DNA of 64,000 nucleotides from an uncultured Oscillospiraceae bacterium (GTDB taxonomy: Bacteria > Bacillota > Clostridia > Oscillospirales > Oscillospiraceae), in assembly GCA_963557105.1 (NCBI GenBank), contig CAUWCX010000008.1:143-64142 (forward strand), read 5' to 3'. Position numbers and translations under genes: made by a program. Positions within the stretch are counted from its first letter, which is position 1; every line of letters begins with the position of its first letter. Shown in pieces: positions 41,861 through 53,672 of this stretch. The notes under the pieces are model-generated. The model was not told the origin of the DNA. It did no database searches and saw nothing but the letters and a program-made list of their open reading frames with translations.

Positions 41861-43303
41861 ATGTCAACCATTCTCTCTACCCTTGAACCCAAGGCGGTTT
41901 TCCACTACTTTGCGGAGCTGGCCGCCATCCCCCACGGCTCCGGCAACACTGCCGCCGCCAGCGCCTGGGCCATGGACTTCGCCAAGGCCCACGATCTGCC
42001 CTGCCGCCAGGACGAGGCCGGCAATGTGGTGATCTGGAAAAAAGCCAGCCCCGGCTATGAGGACCACCCCGCTGTGATCCTCCAGGGCCACCTGGACATG
42101 GTCTGCGTCAGCGACAGCGGCGTGGACCACGACTTCACCCGGGACCCCCTGGAGCTGGTGGTGGAGGACGGCTTCGTCAAGGCCCGGGGCACCACCCTGG
42201 GCGGCGACAACGGCATCGCCGTGGCCATGGCCATGGCGGTCCTGGCCGACAACACCTTGGTCCACCCCCCCATCGTGGCGGTGTTCACCACCGACGAGGA
42301 GACCGGCCTGCTGGGGGCCAACGCCCTGGACTGCAGCGATCTGAACGCCAAGCTGCTGCTGAACCTGGACAGCGAGGACGAGGGCGTCCTCACGGTCAGC
42401 TGCGCCGGCGGCGCACGCTGCGACATTCAGGGCCAGCTGCCCCAGGAGAAGGCCCAGGGCCTGCGCTTTACCACCATGGTCCACGGCCTCCAGGGCGGCC
42501 ACTCCGGCATGGAGATCAACAAGGGGCTGGCCAACGGCAACAAACTGCTGGGGGATCTGCTCCACCACCTGAACAACGCCGCCCCCATCCGTCTGATCTC
42601 CCTCCTGGGCGGACACCAGGACAACGCCATTCCCAAGGAGTCCACCGCCGTCTTCCTGGCAGACAGCAGCAGTGAGGAAGCTATCCGCGCCGCCGCCGCC
42701 AGCTGGCTGGAGTCCGCCCGGAACGCCTTCCCCGCCGATCCCGGCCTGGAGCTGACCCTCTCCGCCGAGGCCGGGGAGGATTCAGCCCTCTCCGAGGCCG
42801 ACACCTGGAAGCTCATTGCCCTGCTGGACGCCTACCCCAACGGCGTGCTGGCCATGAGCCAGGACATCGACGGTCTGGTGGAGACCTCCCTGAACCTGGG
42901 CATCCTGCGGCTGGAGGACGGCGCCTATATGCTCTCCAGCTCCATCCGCTCCAGCGTGGCCCAGGCCAAGGCCGATCTCGCCCAGTCTCTCCGGGATCTG
43001 GCGGAGCGCTTCGGCGCACAGTACGGCCAGCGGGGGGACTACCCCGCCTGGGAGTTTAAGAAGGACTCCCCCCTGCGGGAGACCATGATCCGGGTGTTCC
43101 GGGAGCAGTACGGCCGTGAGCCGGTGGTGGAGGCCATCCACGCCGGTCTGGAGTGCGGCCTCTTCGCCGGGAAGGTCCCCGGCCTGGACGCCGTCAGCTT
43201 CGGCCCCGACCTGCGGGATGTCCACTCCCCCCGGGAGCGGATGGACATCGCCTCCGTGGCCCGGACCTGGACCTACCTGCTGGGAATCCTGGCCGCCCTG
43301 TAA
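41861..43303 (+). CDS. pepD: Aminoacyl-histidine dipeptidase (PepD, M20 family)
   Basis: Track ORF trimmed to ATG 41861 (MSTILSTLEPKAVFHYFAELAAIPHGSGN..) after GGAGGAAAGG. QGHLDMV and TTDEETGL motifs. Confidence 0.85.
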   Translation: MSTILSTLEPKAVFHYFAELAAIPHGSGNTAAASAWAMDFAKAHDLPCRQDEAGNVVIWKKASPGYEDHPAVILQGHLDMVCVSDSGVDHDFTRDPLELVVEDGFVKARGTTLGGDNGIAVAMAMAVLADNTLVHPPIVAVFTTDEETGLLGANALDCSDLNAKLLLNLDSEDEGVLTVSCAGGARCDIQGQLPQEKAQGLRFTTMVHGLQGGHSGMEINKGLANGNKLLGDLLHHLNNAAPIRLISLLGGHQDNAIPKESTAVFLADSSSEEAIRAAAASWLESARNAFPADPGLELTLSAEAGEDSALSEADTWKLIALLDAYPNGVLAMSQDIDGLVETSLNLGILRLEDGAYMLSSSIRSSVAQAKADLAQSLRDLAERFGAQYGQRGDYPAWEFKKDSPLRETMIRVFREQYGREPVVEAIHAGLECGLFAGKVPGLDAVSFGPDLRDVHSPRERMDIASVARTWTYLLGILAAL

Positions 43304-43351
43304 GGCGGATCAGTATAACCTCTATACTATATTATATATAAGGAGAACGCG

Positions 43352-45040
43352 ATGAACTTCAAGGATATGCCCTACACCCGTCCGGACCTGGATCAGCTGA
43401 AGGCCCTCACTGCCGACACTCTGGCGAAGCTCTCCGCCGCCACCTCCGCCCAGCAGCAGGCGGAGGCCTATCTGGCCTTTGACAAGGCCACGGATGACGT
43501 CATGACCAACCTGGCCCTGGCCAGCGTCCGCCACACCATCGACACCCAGGACCAGTTCTACGACCAGGAGAACGACTACGCCGACGAGATCCAGCCCGCC
43601 ATCCAGGAGCTGGGGCAGCAGGTCAACCAGGCCCTGCTGTCCTCCCCCTTCCGCCCCCAGCTGGAGGAGCAGCTGGGCAAGCTGCTGTTCACCAACCTGG
43701 AAATCGCCGTGCGGTCCTTTGACCCCAAGAACCTGGAGCTCATGGCCGAGGAGAACAAGCTCCAGAGCCAGTACCAGAAGCTCTACGCCTCCGCCATGGT
43801 GGAGTGGAACGGGGAGAGCGTCCCCCTGCCCAAGCTGGGGCCCTTCAAGCAGAGTCCGGACCGGGCCGTCCGCAAGGCGGCCTACGAGGCGGAGGGCCGC
43901 TGGTTCGACGCCCACCAGGAGGAGCTGGATGCGCTGTACGACAAGCTGGTGAAAAACCGCACCCAGCAGGCCCGGAACATGGGCTATGACAACTACCTGC
44001 AGCTGGGCTACGACCGCCTGGGCCGCAACTGCTACGGCCCGGAGCAGGTTGCCGCCTTCCGGGAGCAGATCGCCCAGGACATGGTCCCCATTGTGGCTCA
44101 GGTGAAGGCGGACCAGGCCCAGCGCATCGGCGTGGAGAAGCTGAAATTCTACGACGATCTGCTGCTGTTCCCCGACGGCAACGCCGATCCCCAGGGCACC
44201 GCCGACCAGCTGCTGGCCGCCGGCCACCAGATGTACCGGGAGCTGAGCCCCGAGACGGCGGAGTTTGCCGACTTCCTGTGGGGCAACGGCCTGCTGGATG
44301 TGCTGAGTAAGCCCGGCAAGGCCCCCGGCGGGTACTGCACCACCTTCCGCTCCTACCAGGCCCCCTTCATCTTCTCCAACTTCAACGGCACCAGCGGCGA
44401 TGTGGATGTGCTGACCCACGAGGCGGGCCACGCCTTCGCCTTCTTCCGGGCCATGCGGAAGAACTACCCCTCCGCCCTGATGGAGGCCACCATTGAGGCC
44501 TGCGAGGTCCACTCCATGTCCATGGAGTTCCTCACCGCCCCCTGGCATGAGAAATTCTTCGGCCCCCTGACCCGGAAGTACGAGATCGGCCACTGCGAGG
44601 ACGCCCTGATCTTCATGCCCTACGGCTGCATGGTGGACGAGTTCCAGCACCGGATGTACGAAAACCCCGATCTGACCCCCGCCCAGCGCAACGCCCTGTG
44701 GCTGGAGCTGGAGAAGAAGTACCGCCCCTGGAACGACTTCGAGGATCTGCCCTTCTACAGCCGGGGCGCGGGCTGGCAGCGGCAGCTGCACATCTACCTC
44801 TACCCCCTGTACTATATCGACTACTGCATGGCCCAGACCGTGGCCTTCCAGTTCTGGATCGCCGCCATGGCGGACCAGAAGGACGCCTGGACCCGGTACC
44901 TCCGCTTCGCCGACGCCGGCGGCACCATGACCTTCGAGGAGCTGGTGAACGCCGCCGGGCTGAAGGTGCCCTACGCCCCCGGCTGCATCCGGGAGATCGG
45001 CCAGGCCATCAGCCAGTGGATCGAAAACAACCCGCTGTAG
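43352..45040 (+). CDS. pepF: M3-family oligoendopeptidase (PepF-like)
   Basis: 562 aa with the HEAGHAF zinc-binding motif. Confidence 0.85.
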   Translation: MNFKDMPYTRPDLDQLKALTADTLAKLSAATSAQQQAEAYLAFDKATDDVMTNLALASVRHTIDTQDQFYDQENDYADEIQPAIQELGQQVNQALLSSPFRPQLEEQLGKLLFTNLEIAVRSFDPKNLELMAEENKLQSQYQKLYASAMVEWNGESVPLPKLGPFKQSPDRAVRKAAYEAEGRWFDAHQEELDALYDKLVKNRTQQARNMGYDNYLQLGYDRLGRNCYGPEQVAAFREQIAQDMVPIVAQVKADQAQRIGVEKLKFYDDLLLFPDGNADPQGTADQLLAAGHQMYRELSPETAEFADFLWGNGLLDVLSKPGKAPGGYCTTFRSYQAPFIFSNFNGTSGDVDVLTHEAGHAFAFFRAMRKNYPSALMEATIEACEVHSMSMEFLTAPWHEKFFGPLTRKYEIGHCEDALIFMPYGCMVDEFQHRMYENPDLTPAQRNALWLELEKKYRPWNDFEDLPFYSRGAGWQRQLHIYLYPLYYIDYCMAQTVAFQFWIAAMADQKDAWTRYLRFADAGGTMTFEELVNAAGLKVPYAPGCIREIGQAISQWIENNPL

Positions 45041-45045
45041 AGCCA

Positions 45046-45090
45046 TTTGTCCCCCTGCCGAAAGCAAGACGGCAGGGGGACAAATTCTCC
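45046..45090 (+). terminator. Intrinsic terminator after pepF
   Basis: TTTGTCCCCCTGCCG pairs with CGGCAGGGGGACAAA, followed by TTCT. Confidence 0.65.
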
Positions 45091-45515
45091 GCTCTATAAA
45101 AACAAAATAATTTTGGTAGAATATGCAGCATGTCTGCCGCCACTCAACTCCCTCTCACGTTGTCCGCCCAGGCCGGACTTTTTCTTCCTTTCTGTTGTCC
45201 AAACGGGGCTCCTTCCACGCATTCTGCGACATCACCGACAAATTCTCCGGCGGCACTTTTTCACCGTTCTGACGAAAGTTTGGCATTTATATACAGAAAA
45301 TACAATTTTGTACCGGCATATTTCCCCACACTTTTACATATTAGCGAAATTTCAAAATTTCTATCAACTGGCAGTTGGTTACACTTGAAAAATCAGCGGT
45401 TATAGATTATAATATGTAAAGGTTTGTCGCCGAATACTTGTATACCGCCGGCCGGCGCCGGGGATCAGAAAAATTATTTTGATTTTTGCCCCCCACCCGC
45501 GGCGAGGAAGGAACC

Positions 45516-46073
45516 ATGGCCGAAGAGAAAAAAAACAATCGCCGGGGCAGAAAAGCCTACCTCAACGACTTCAAATCCACGGTAAACGGTGAATATATTT
45601 ACGCCGGCGCCCACTACCTCCTTGCCGGGGGAGAGGCAGCGGGAAAGGCGCTGCTGCGGCGGCTGTGGCTGCTGACCCTGCCCCTGGCGGTGGGCGCTGT
45701 TGCCGGGGGATGCATCCGGGCCCCGGGGGCCATGGACTGCTTCTACGTGCTGGGTCCCTACATCGCCGCCCTGATCTCCGCCGTGTCCCTGGTGTGGGCC
45801 CTGTGCCGCATGGGCGGCGGGGGCGCCCGTCTGCGGGAGTATGTCTACCGGCACTCCGTGGATGCCATCCCCTCCCGGGCGGTGATCACCGCCGTATTCG
45901 CCGGGCTGGCCCTGGCGGGGGAGGTCCTGTACGTACTGCTCAACGGGACGGAGGGCATGGCCCTGGGCATGGTCCTGTTCCTGCTGTCCATGGGGGCCAC
46001 CCTGGCCGCCGCCCTGGGACAGCGGCTGCTCATCGTCCGCAGCCAGTGGACCGTCCAGGACGGTCAGAACTGA
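45516..46073 (+). CDS. Hypothetical multi-pass membrane protein (185 aa)
   Basis: ATG 45516 after GAGGAAGG. Four predicted hydrophobic helices. No motif recognised. Confidence 0.5.
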   Translation: MAEEKKNNRRGRKAYLNDFKSTVNGEYIYAGAHYLLAGGEAAGKALLRRLWLLTLPLAVGAVAGGCIRAPGAMDCFYVLGPYIAALISAVSLVWALCRMGGGGARLREYVYRHSVDAIPSRAVITAVFAGLALAGEVLYVLLNGTEGMALGMVLFLLSMGATLAAALGQRLLIVRSQWTVQDGQN

Positions 46074-46196
46074 CCAGACCCATTGGGGAAAAGGGGTCCC
46101 TTTTCCCCGGCCAGAGTGTCTCCGGCCCATCCAAGCGTGAGTTATGGGCATTTCGCCCTTTCAAATAGCTCAAATATTTTATGGAGGATCAAAACC

Positions 46197-48524
46197 ATGA
46201 AAAGAAGCACCAAACTCCTGTCCCTGCTTCTGGCTGTGGTGATGTGCGTCGGCCTGTTCGCCGGCTGCGGCAAGAAGAACAACGCCGCTCCCGACAACAA
46301 GCAGCCCACCGACACCAACAACACCCAGACCGACCCCAGCAAGGACCAGGAACCCAGCACCGATCCCGCTGAGGACAAGACCCTGGTGGCTGCCAGCAAC
46401 CACTTCGAGGGTAAGTTCTCCCCCTTCTTCGCCGCCTCTCACGAGGACCAGAATATCGTCTCCATGACCCAGATCGGCATGGTCACCACTGACCGTGTTG
46501 GCGCCGTGGTCATGAACGGTATCGAGGGCGAGACCCGTCCCTACAACGGCACCGACTACACCTACTACGGCGTCAGCGACATGACCATCACCGAGAACGA
46601 GGATGGCACCGTCACCTACGACCTGACCATGCGCGACGACCTGGTGTTCTCCGACGGCCACCCCATGGACATCGACGACGTGATCTTCTCCATGTACGTG
46701 CTGTGCGACCCCACCTATGACGGTTCCAGCACCCTGTACGGCCGCCCCATCAAGGGCATGCAGGAGTACCGCTCCGGCATGACCACCATGGCTGCTGCTA
46801 TCGCCGCTGCCGGTGAGGACAATGCCGACTTCACCAATTGGACTCAGGAGCAGCAGACCGCTTTCTGGAACGCTGTTAACGAGGGCGGCGTGAAGTTCGC
46901 CGAGGACATCCTGGCCTTCTGTGTAACTGCCGGTGCCAATGTCGAGACCGACTCCGTGGCTGCCAAGGCCGCCAACTGGGGCTATGCTGATCTGGCCGCT
47001 GACGCCACTGCCAAGGACTTCTTCCTGGCTATCGGCAACAAGTACGGCTGGAGCTTCTCCGCCATGGAGGCCGAGGTTGCTGAGGGTGCTGCCGCGCTGA
47101 GCGAGCTGATCCCCGAGGATGTGTACGCCATGTCCACCGTTGGCGTCTCCACTGGTGAGTCCGCCCCCAACATCTCCGGCATTGAGCGTACCGGCGACTA
47201 CAGCCTGCGCGTGACCACCACCGAGGTGGCCGTGGACATGGTGTACCAGCTGGGCGTCACCATCGCCCCCCTGCACTACTACGGCGATGAGTCCCTGTAT
47301 GACTACGAGAACAACAAGTTCGGCTTTGAGAAGGGCGATCTGAGCAAGGTCCGCTCCGTCACCACCAAGCCCCTGGGCGCTGGCCCCTATGTCTTCAAGG
47401 ACTACAAGGACGGCGTGGTCTATCTGGAGGCCAACCCCCACTACTTCCAGGGCGAGCCCAAGATCAAGTACCTGAACTTCAAGGAGTCCCTGGAGGACGA
47501 TAAGACCGTCGGTATCCAGTCCGGCGACCTGGACATCTCCGATCCCAGCTACTCCACCGAGGTCATGAACCAGGTGGCTGAGTACAACGGCGGCGACACC
47601 TCCTTCGACGGCAATGTGGTCACCGTGAAGCTGTACGACTTCCTGGGCTACGGCTACATCGGCATCAGCGCCAACAACGTGAAGGTTGGCGATGATCCCG
47701 CCTCCGAGGCTTCCAAGAACCTGCGTAAGGCCATCGGCACCGTTCTGGCCGTCTACCGTGACGAGGGCATCGACTCCTACTACGGCGAGATCGCTACCGT
47801 CATCAACTACCCCATCTCCTCCACCTCCTGGGCCGCTCCTCAGGTCACTGACGACGGCTATCAGGTGGCCTACTCCGTGGATGTCAACGGCCAGCCCATC
47901 TACACCGAGGGCATGAGCGCTCAGGACAAGTACGCCGCCGCTCTGCAGGCCGCTCTGGGCTACTTCGAGGCCGCTGGCTACACCGTGGAGAACGGCAAGC
48001 TCACCGCCGCCCCCGAGGGCGCCAAGCTGGAGTACGTGCTGAACATCGGCGCCAACGGCAACGGTGACCACCCCTCCTTCCTGCTGGTGAAGAACGCTTC
48101 CGACGCCCTGAAGACCATCGGCTTCACCCTGACCGTTCAGGACTGGTCCAACGCCGCTGATCTGTACAACACCTATCAGTCCGGCGTGGCCGAGCTGTGG
48201 GCCGCCGCCTGGGGCTCCACTCCCGACCCCGATATGTACCAGCTGTACCACAGCAAGGGCAGCACCAACTACTACCAGATCAACGATCCCGAGCTGGATG
48301 AGCTGATCATCGAGGGCCGCCGCTCTCCCGACCAGACCATCCGCAAGGGCATCTACAAGGGCGCCATGGAGATCATCATGGACTGGGGCGTTGAGGTGCC
48401 TATCTATCAGCGTTCCGAGTGCTTCCTCATCTCCACCGAGCGGGTCAACGTCAGTACCCTGACCCCCGACATGACCCCCTACTGGGGCTGGATGAGCGAG
48501 ATCCACACCCTGGAGATGAACTGA
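46197..48524 (+). CDS. ABC transporter substrate-binding lipoprotein, family 5 (peptide/Opp-like), unusually long (775 aa)
   Basis: Lipobox LFAGC after the signal peptide ([19 protein letters not shown]). SBP5-like body. First gene of the permease/ATPase operon. Confidence 0.8.
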   Translation: MKRSTKLLSLLLAVVMCVGLFAGCGKKNNAAPDNKQPTDTNNTQTDPSKDQEPSTDPAEDKTLVAASNHFEGKFSPFFAASHEDQNIVSMTQIGMVTTDRVGAVVMNGIEGETRPYNGTDYTYYGVSDMTITENEDGTVTYDLTMRDDLVFSDGHPMDIDDVIFSMYVLCDPTYDGSSTLYGRPIKGMQEYRSGMTTMAAAIAAAGEDNADFTNWTQEQQTAFWNAVNEGGVKFAEDILAFCVTAGANVETDSVAAKAANWGYADLAADATAKDFFLAIGNKYGWSFSAMEAEVAEGAAALSELIPEDVYAMSTVGVSTGESAPNISGIERTGDYSLRVTTTEVAVDMVYQLGVTIAPLHYYGDESLYDYENNKFGFEKGDLSKVRSVTTKPLGAGPYVFKDYKDGVVYLEANPHYFQGEPKIKYLNFKESLEDDKTVGIQSGDLDISDPSYSTEVMNQVAEYNGGDTSFDGNVVTVKLYDFLGYGYIGISANNVKVGDDPASEASKNLRKAIGTVLAVYRDEGIDSYYGEIATVINYPISSTSWAAPQVTDDGYQVAYSVDVNGQPIYTEGMSAQDKYAAALQAALGYFEAAGYTVENGKLTAAPEGAKLEYVLNIGANGNGDHPSFLLVKNASDALKTIGFTLTVQDWSNAADLYNTYQSGVAELWAAAWGSTPDPDMYQLYHSKGSTNYYQINDPELDELIIEGRRSPDQTIRKGIYKGAMEIIMDWGVEVPIYQRSECFLISTERVNVSTLTPDMTPYWGWMSEIHTLEMN

Positions 48525-48770
48525 TCCCTTACCCCGGATCACCGCGTATAACCTATGCCTTGCGGCCCCCTCGGGGGCCGCAAGGTCCTCTGTATATTGT
48601 TTTATCGCTTTACTGTACTGAACCAACCTACTGCATATCAAGGAGCCGTTCGGTCGGCCGGCCGGCCGCTTGATATGCAGCAAAAAAACCACCGCTGGAC
48701 AACGGACAAGCACCCGGCGGCGCATATCAACAAATTACTACGAAAAGAAAAGAATGGGAGGAGTGTTTCC

Positions 48771-49757
48771 GTGCGGAAATATATCTTTAAGCGAATTTTG
48801 ATCTCGATCCTGATCCTTTTCTGCGTGTCCTTCATCGTCTATGGCGTGCTGCGGTGTCTGCCCAGCTCCTTCGTCGAGACACAGGCCATGCAGCTGGCGC
48901 AGGCCCCCGGCGCGAAGCCCTACGAGGAGTGGCTGGAGCAGCTCAACGCCTCCTACGGTCTGGACCAGAACATCGTCCCCGGCTTCTTCACCTGGCTGGG
49001 CCAGGCGCTGCAGGGCAAGTTTGGTGACAGCTGGAAGTGGACTGTCCCCGTACTGGATAAATTCCGCGAAGTCATTGGACTGAGCTTTGTCATGGGCGGC
49101 ATCGCCTTTGTTTTGGAGATCCTCATTGCCATCCCCCTGGGCGTTATCGCCGCCACCAAGCAGTATTCCCGCGCCGACTATCTCATCACCGCCGGCGCAC
49201 TGGTGGGTATCTCTCTGCCCACCTTCTTCTTCGCCACCATTTTGAAGCTGGTCTTCTCCGTAAAGCTGGGGTGGTTCGACCTATTCGGCCTGGTTGGGCG
49301 AGATTATGCCCAATTGGACGCCTGGGGACAATTCCTGGATAAGGCCCACCACCTGGTGCTGCCCATTGCCACCCTGGTCATTGTGTCCATCGGCGGCCTC
49401 ATGCGCTACACCCGCACCAATATGCTGGAGGTGCTGAACTCCGACTACATTCGCACCGCCCGGGCCAAGGGCCTCAGCGAGAAGAAGGTCATCTATCACC
49501 ACGCCTTCCGCAACACCCTGATCCCCCTGGTGACCATCATCGGCGGCTCCCTGCCCAGCCTGTTCGCCGGCGCTCTCATTACGGAGACCCTGTACTCCAT
49601 CCCCGGCATCGGCTACACCTCTTACCAGTCCCTGGTCATCGGCGATATCCCCTTCTCTATGTTCTACCTGACCTTTATGGCCGTGCTGACCCTGGCGGGC
49701 AACCTGATCTCGGATATCCTGTACGGCCTGGTGGACCCCCGTGTCCGGATCGCTTAA
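48771..49757 (+). CDS. ABC peptide transporter permease (OppB/DppB-like)
   Basis: GTG start 8 nt after GGGAGGAG. (V)RKYIFKRILISILILF.. is the typical family N-terminus. EAA-like loop TARAKGLSEKKVIYHHAFRN. Confidence 0.8.
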   Translation: MRKYIFKRILISILILFCVSFIVYGVLRCLPSSFVETQAMQLAQAPGAKPYEEWLEQLNASYGLDQNIVPGFFTWLGQALQGKFGDSWKWTVPVLDKFREVIGLSFVMGGIAFVLEILIAIPLGVIAATKQYSRADYLITAGALVGISLPTFFFATILKLVFSVKLGWFDLFGLVGRDYAQLDAWGQFLDKAHHLVLPIATLVIVSIGGLMRYTRTNMLEVLNSDYIRTARAKGLSEKKVIYHHAFRNTLIPLVTIIGGSLPSLFAGALITETLYSIPGIGYTSYQSLVIGDIPFSMFYLTFMAVLTLAGNLISDILYGLVDPRVRIA

Positions 49758-49775
49758 GAAAGGAGAGAGTGCATC

Positions 49776-51335
49776 ATGCGTGAAAATAAGGATAAACTGA
49801 ATGTGGCAGGCCAGGCCCCCGAGAAGGAGCAGCTGAGCCTGAACGACGACCGCCGCGTGGAAGTCCTCTCCCCCGGCGCCCTGGTCCTCAAGCGTTTCTT
49901 CCGCAACCGTCTGGCGGTCATTGGTCTGACCATGCTGATCGCCATGTTCATCTTCTCTTTCATCGGCGGCCTCATCAGCCCCTACCGCCAGGACGAGCAG
50001 TTCTACACCATCGAGATGCAGAGCAAGCAGTACCTGGGCGTGGTGAAGAACGACACCCTGCGCTACACCGTGGCCCCCGGCGGGGAGTTCGGCTCCGTGG
50101 TGCAGTCCAAGCTGCTCATGGCTATGGGCAAGGGTGAGACCTCCTTCACCTACAAGGACATCACCTATGACATCCAGGAGGAGGGCGACGACCTGCTGGC
50201 CATCTACACCGGCGGCGAGCTGCTGGCCTTCGGCGCCAAGGACATCATCAACCTGGACGACAGCTTCACCGGCGAGCTGAGCTTTGAGACCCGCCACGAG
50301 GCCCTGAAGGCCTATGTGGCCGGCGAGAGCTCCTTCTCCACCGAGGGCAAGAGCTACAAGCTGGACGGCGATGGCAACATCCTGGACGGCGACACCGTGG
50401 TGGCCTATATCAGCCGCTTCGTGGTCTCCCCCGTGGAGAACGGCGTGGTGCTGACCCGGGCCTTCAAAGAGGAGCTGGAGGACACCATCGACAGCGGCGC
50501 TGAGGAGTTCATCTTCACCGGCGAGGACGGTGTGGAGTACACCTACACCCTGCACTACGACCCCGCCACCCTGAACTGGGCGGTGAACCAGGATAAGGAG
50601 ACCTACGTCTACGACCGCTACGCCTCCCCCAGCAAGGAGCACTGGCTGGGTACCGACACCAACGGCATGGATATGCTGACCCGTCTGATGTACGGCGGCC
50701 GCATCTCCCTGGTCATCGGCTTCATCGTGGTGGCCATCTCCGCCGCCATCGGTATCGTCCTGGGCGGTATCGCCGGCTACTTCGGCAAGTGGGTCGATAA
50801 CCTCATCATGCGCGTGGTGGATGTGTTCTACTGCATCCCCTCCACCCCCCTGCTGATCATTCTGGGCTCCGCCATGGACGCCGTCCGCGTTGACCCCCAG
50901 ATCCGTATGCTGTACCTGATGCTGATCCTGGGCTTCCTGGGCTGGCCCTCCATCGCCCGCATGGTCCGCGGCCAGATCCTCTCCCTGCGTGAGCAGGAGT
51001 TCATGACCGCCACTGAGGCCTGCGGCATCAGCGTCTCCCGCCGGATCTTCAAGCACCTGATCCCCAACGTCATTCCCCAGCTCATCGTCATCTGCACCAT
51101 GAGCCTGGGCTCCACCATCATCACCGAGGCCACCCTCAGCTTCCTGGGACTGGGCGTTAAGTTCCCCTTCGCCTCCTGGGGCAACATCATCAACGACGTC
51201 AACAACGCCTACGTCATGACCAACCACCTGTTCGTCTGGATCCCCGCCGGTATCTGCCTGCTGATCACCGTTCTTGGCTTCAACTTCGTGGGTGACGGCC
51301 TGCGGGATGCGTTCGACCCGAAAATGAAGCGGTAA
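49776..51335 (+). CDS. ABC peptide transporter permease (OppC/DppC-like) with ~230-aa extracytoplasmic insertion
   Basis: One TM helix, then a long soluble segment, then the canonical permease core (WLGTDTNGMDMLTRLMYGGRISL..). Confidence 0.8.
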   Translation: MRENKDKLNVAGQAPEKEQLSLNDDRRVEVLSPGALVLKRFFRNRLAVIGLTMLIAMFIFSFIGGLISPYRQDEQFYTIEMQSKQYLGVVKNDTLRYTVAPGGEFGSVVQSKLLMAMGKGETSFTYKDITYDIQEEGDDLLAIYTGGELLAFGAKDIINLDDSFTGELSFETRHEALKAYVAGESSFSTEGKSYKLDGDGNILDGDTVVAYISRFVVSPVENGVVLTRAFKEELEDTIDSGAEEFIFTGEDGVEYTYTLHYDPATLNWAVNQDKETYVYDRYASPSKEHWLGTDTNGMDMLTRLMYGGRISLVIGFIVVAISAAIGIVLGGIAGYFGKWVDNLIMRVVDVFYCIPSTPLLIILGSAMDAVRVDPQIRMLYLMLILGFLGWPSIARMVRGQILSLREQEFMTATEACGISVSRRIFKHLIPNVIPQLIVICTMSLGSTIITEATLSFLGLGVKFPFASWGNIINDVNNAYVMTNHLFVWIPAGICLLITVLGFNFVGDGLRDAFDPKMKR

Positions 51336-51350
51336 AGGAGGAAATGAAGA

Positions 51351-52514
51351 ATGTCTAAGAAAAAAGCCGAGGGCTATCTTTCCGCCAAGGAATCCCGGCG
51401 CATCTCCCGGGAGAACCGCCGCATCACCTCCGCCTTTGAAAAGCAGCACAAGCGCAAGAATGTGCCCGAGAGCGAGTATATCACCCAGATGAAGGACCCC
51501 CGCAACGCCGTGGAGTTCGATAACCTCCACACCTACTTCTTCACCGACGTGGGTACCGTCAAGGCCGTGGACGGCGTCTCCTTTGAGGTGCCCATCGGCA
51601 AGACCGTGGGCGTGGTGGGCGAGTCCGGCTGTGGCAAGTCCGTCACCAGCCTGTCCCTGATGCAGCTGCTCCAGCGGCCCCAGGGCCAGATCGTGGACGG
51701 CGAGATCCGGCTGAACCTGGGGGACAAGGCCATCAACATCGCCAAGACCCCCACGGTGAAGATGCAGGAGCTGCGCGGCAACTACGTCTCCATGATCTTC
51801 CAGGAGCCCATGACCAGCCTGAACCCGGTGTTCCGCATCGGCGACCAGGTGGACGAGGTCATCGCCCTCCACGACGGCGAGGGCAAGACCGCCGAGGAGA
51901 TCAAGGCCCGCACCATCGAGCTGCTGAAGATGGTGGGTATCGCCAACAGCGAGGGCGTCTACAAGAACTACCCCCACGAGCTGTCCGGCGGTATGCGCCA
52001 GCGTGTCATGATCGCCATGGCCCTGGCCTGCAGCCCCCGGATCATCATCGCCGACGAGCCCACCACCGCCCTGGACGTGACCATCCAGGCCCAGGTGCTG
52101 GATCTGCTGCGGCAGCTGAAGGATAAGATCAACTCCTCCATCATGTTCATCACCCACGACCTGGGCGTTATCGCCGAGATGGCGGACTACGTGGTGGTCA
52201 TGTACGCCGGCCGCGTGGTGGAGAAGGGTACCGCCGAGGAGATCTTCGAGCACCCCGCCCATCCCTACACCATCGGCCTCATGGCCTCCAAGCCCGTGGT
52301 GGGCAAGCGTGTGGACAAGCTCTACTCCATCCCCGGCAAGGTCCCCAACCCCGTGAATATGCCCAACTACTGCTACTTCAAGGACCGGTGCGAGATGTGT
52401 GTGGCCGGCTGCTCCGGCGAGTATCCCCACGAGATCAGCCTCAGCCCCACCCACAAGGTCTCCTGCTACCGGTATTACGACAACGCCAACGTCACTGAAA
52501 AGGAGGGAAAGTAA
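51351..52514 (+). CDS. ABC transporter ATP-binding protein (OppD-like)
   Basis: GESGCGKS Walker A, LSGGMRQR signature, C-terminal oligopeptide-type extension. Confidence 0.9.
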   Translation: MSKKKAEGYLSAKESRRISRENRRITSAFEKQHKRKNVPESEYITQMKDPRNAVEFDNLHTYFFTDVGTVKAVDGVSFEVPIGKTVGVVGESGCGKSVTSLSLMQLLQRPQGQIVDGEIRLNLGDKAINIAKTPTVKMQELRGNYVSMIFQEPMTSLNPVFRIGDQVDEVIALHDGEGKTAEEIKARTIELLKMVGIANSEGVYKNYPHELSGGMRQRVMIAMALACSPRIIIADEPTTALDVTIQAQVLDLLRQLKDKINSSIMFITHDLGVIAEMADYVVVMYAGRVVEKGTAEEIFEHPAHPYTIGLMASKPVVGKRVDKLYSIPGKVPNPVNMPNYCYFKDRCEMCVAGCSGEYPHEISLSPTHKVSCYRYYDNANVTEKEGK

Positions 52515-53672
52515 ATGGCTCTGAATAAAGGCGTGGCTGGCGCCGCCGGCCGCTACCATCCCGGCGATCCCAGCCAAAAATCTCCTCAGGAGATCGAGGA
52601 GGAGATGAAGAAGCGCGAGGAGCGCGTGAAGAAGGGCCTCCAGGGCGAAACAAAGAATAACCTCCTGGTCACCAACGACTTCACCCCCGTGGAGTACGAT
52701 CCCCAGTATATCCTGATGGTGAACAAGCTGAAGAAGTACTTCCCCATCAAGGGCGGCATGGTGTCCAAGACCGTGGGCTATGTCCGGGCCGTGGACGGCA
52801 TCACCTTCAACCTGAAGCGGGGCACCACCATGGGCCTCGTGGGCGAGTCCGGCTGCGGCAAGACCACCACCGGACGGACCATCCTGCGCCTGTCCGGGGA
52901 GAAGACCGGCGGCCAGGTGCTCTTCAACGGCAAGGAGGTCTATGACTTCTCCGCCAAGGAGATGCGGACCATGCGGACCAAGATGCAGATCATCTTCCAG
53001 GACCCCTTCTCCTCCCTGTCCCCCCGTCTGCCCGTGGGCGAGATCATCGGCGAGGCCGTCCGTGAGCACGGTCTGGTGAGCAAGGCGGAGTTCAACGACT
53101 ATATCGACCAGGTCATGGACAACTGCGGCCTGCAGCCCTTCCACAAGGACCGCTACCCCCACGAGTTCTCCGGCGGCCAGCGCCAGCGTATCTGCATCGC
53201 CCGCGCCCTGGCCCTGAACCCGGAGTTCGTGGTCTGCGACGAGCCTGTGTCCGCCCTGGACGTGTCCATCCAGGCCCAGATCATCAACCTGCTGAAGGAT
53301 CTGCAGGAGAAGTACAAGCTGACCTACCTCTTCATCTCCCACGACCTGAGCGTGGTGGAGCACATCTCCGACACCGTGGGCGTCATGTACCTGGGCAACC
53401 TGGTGGAGTACGGCGCCACCGACGACATCTTCCGCAACCCCCTGCACCCCTACACTAAGGCCCTGTTCTCCGCCATCCCCATTCCCGATCCCAAGGCCAA
53501 GATGGACCGCATCGTGCTGGAGGGCTCTATCCCCTCCCCCGCCAATCCCCCCAGCGGCTGCAAGTTCCACACCCGCTGCGCCAACTGCATGGAGCGGTGC
53601 AAGCACGAGGCCCCCGAGCAGCGTGAGGTGGAGCCCGGCCACTTCGTGGTCTGCCACCTGTACGACAAGTAA
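52515..53672 (+). CDS. ABC transporter ATP-binding protein (OppF-like)
   Basis: GESGCGKTT Walker A, FSGGQRQR signature. About 70-aa N-terminal extension. Confidence 0.9.
   Translation: MALNKGVAGAAGRYHPGDPSQKSPQEIEEEMKKREERVKKGLQGETKNNLLVTNDFTPVEYDPQYILMVNKLKKYFPIKGGMVSKTVGYVRAVDGITFNLKRGTTMGLVGESGCGKTTTGRTILRLSGEKTGGQVLFNGKEVYDFSAKEMRTMRTKMQIIFQDPFSSLSPRLPVGEIIGEAVREHGLVSKAEFNDYIDQVMDNCGLQPFHKDRYPHEFSGGQRQRICIARALALNPEFVVCDEPVSALDVSIQAQIINLLKDLQEKYKLTYLFISHDLSVVEHISDTVGVMYLGNLVEYGATDDIFRNPLHPYTKALFSAIPIPDPKAKMDRIVLEGSIPSPANPPSGCKFHTRCANCMERCKHEAPEQREVEPGHFVVCHLYDK

Noticed and set aside
46179-48725. 848-aa minus-strand ORF over the substrate-binding protein gene. Similar cases: 61232..63898 (-), 43322..45067 (-), 36441..38939 (+), 40038..41138 (-), 53755..55044 (+) and 58073..59430 (+).
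   Set aside because: All are antisense shadows of motif-bearing genes (SBP5, P-type ATPase, PepF, kinase/TrkH, AsnA, M29 peptidase, PLD). None has its own recognisable motif or RBS.
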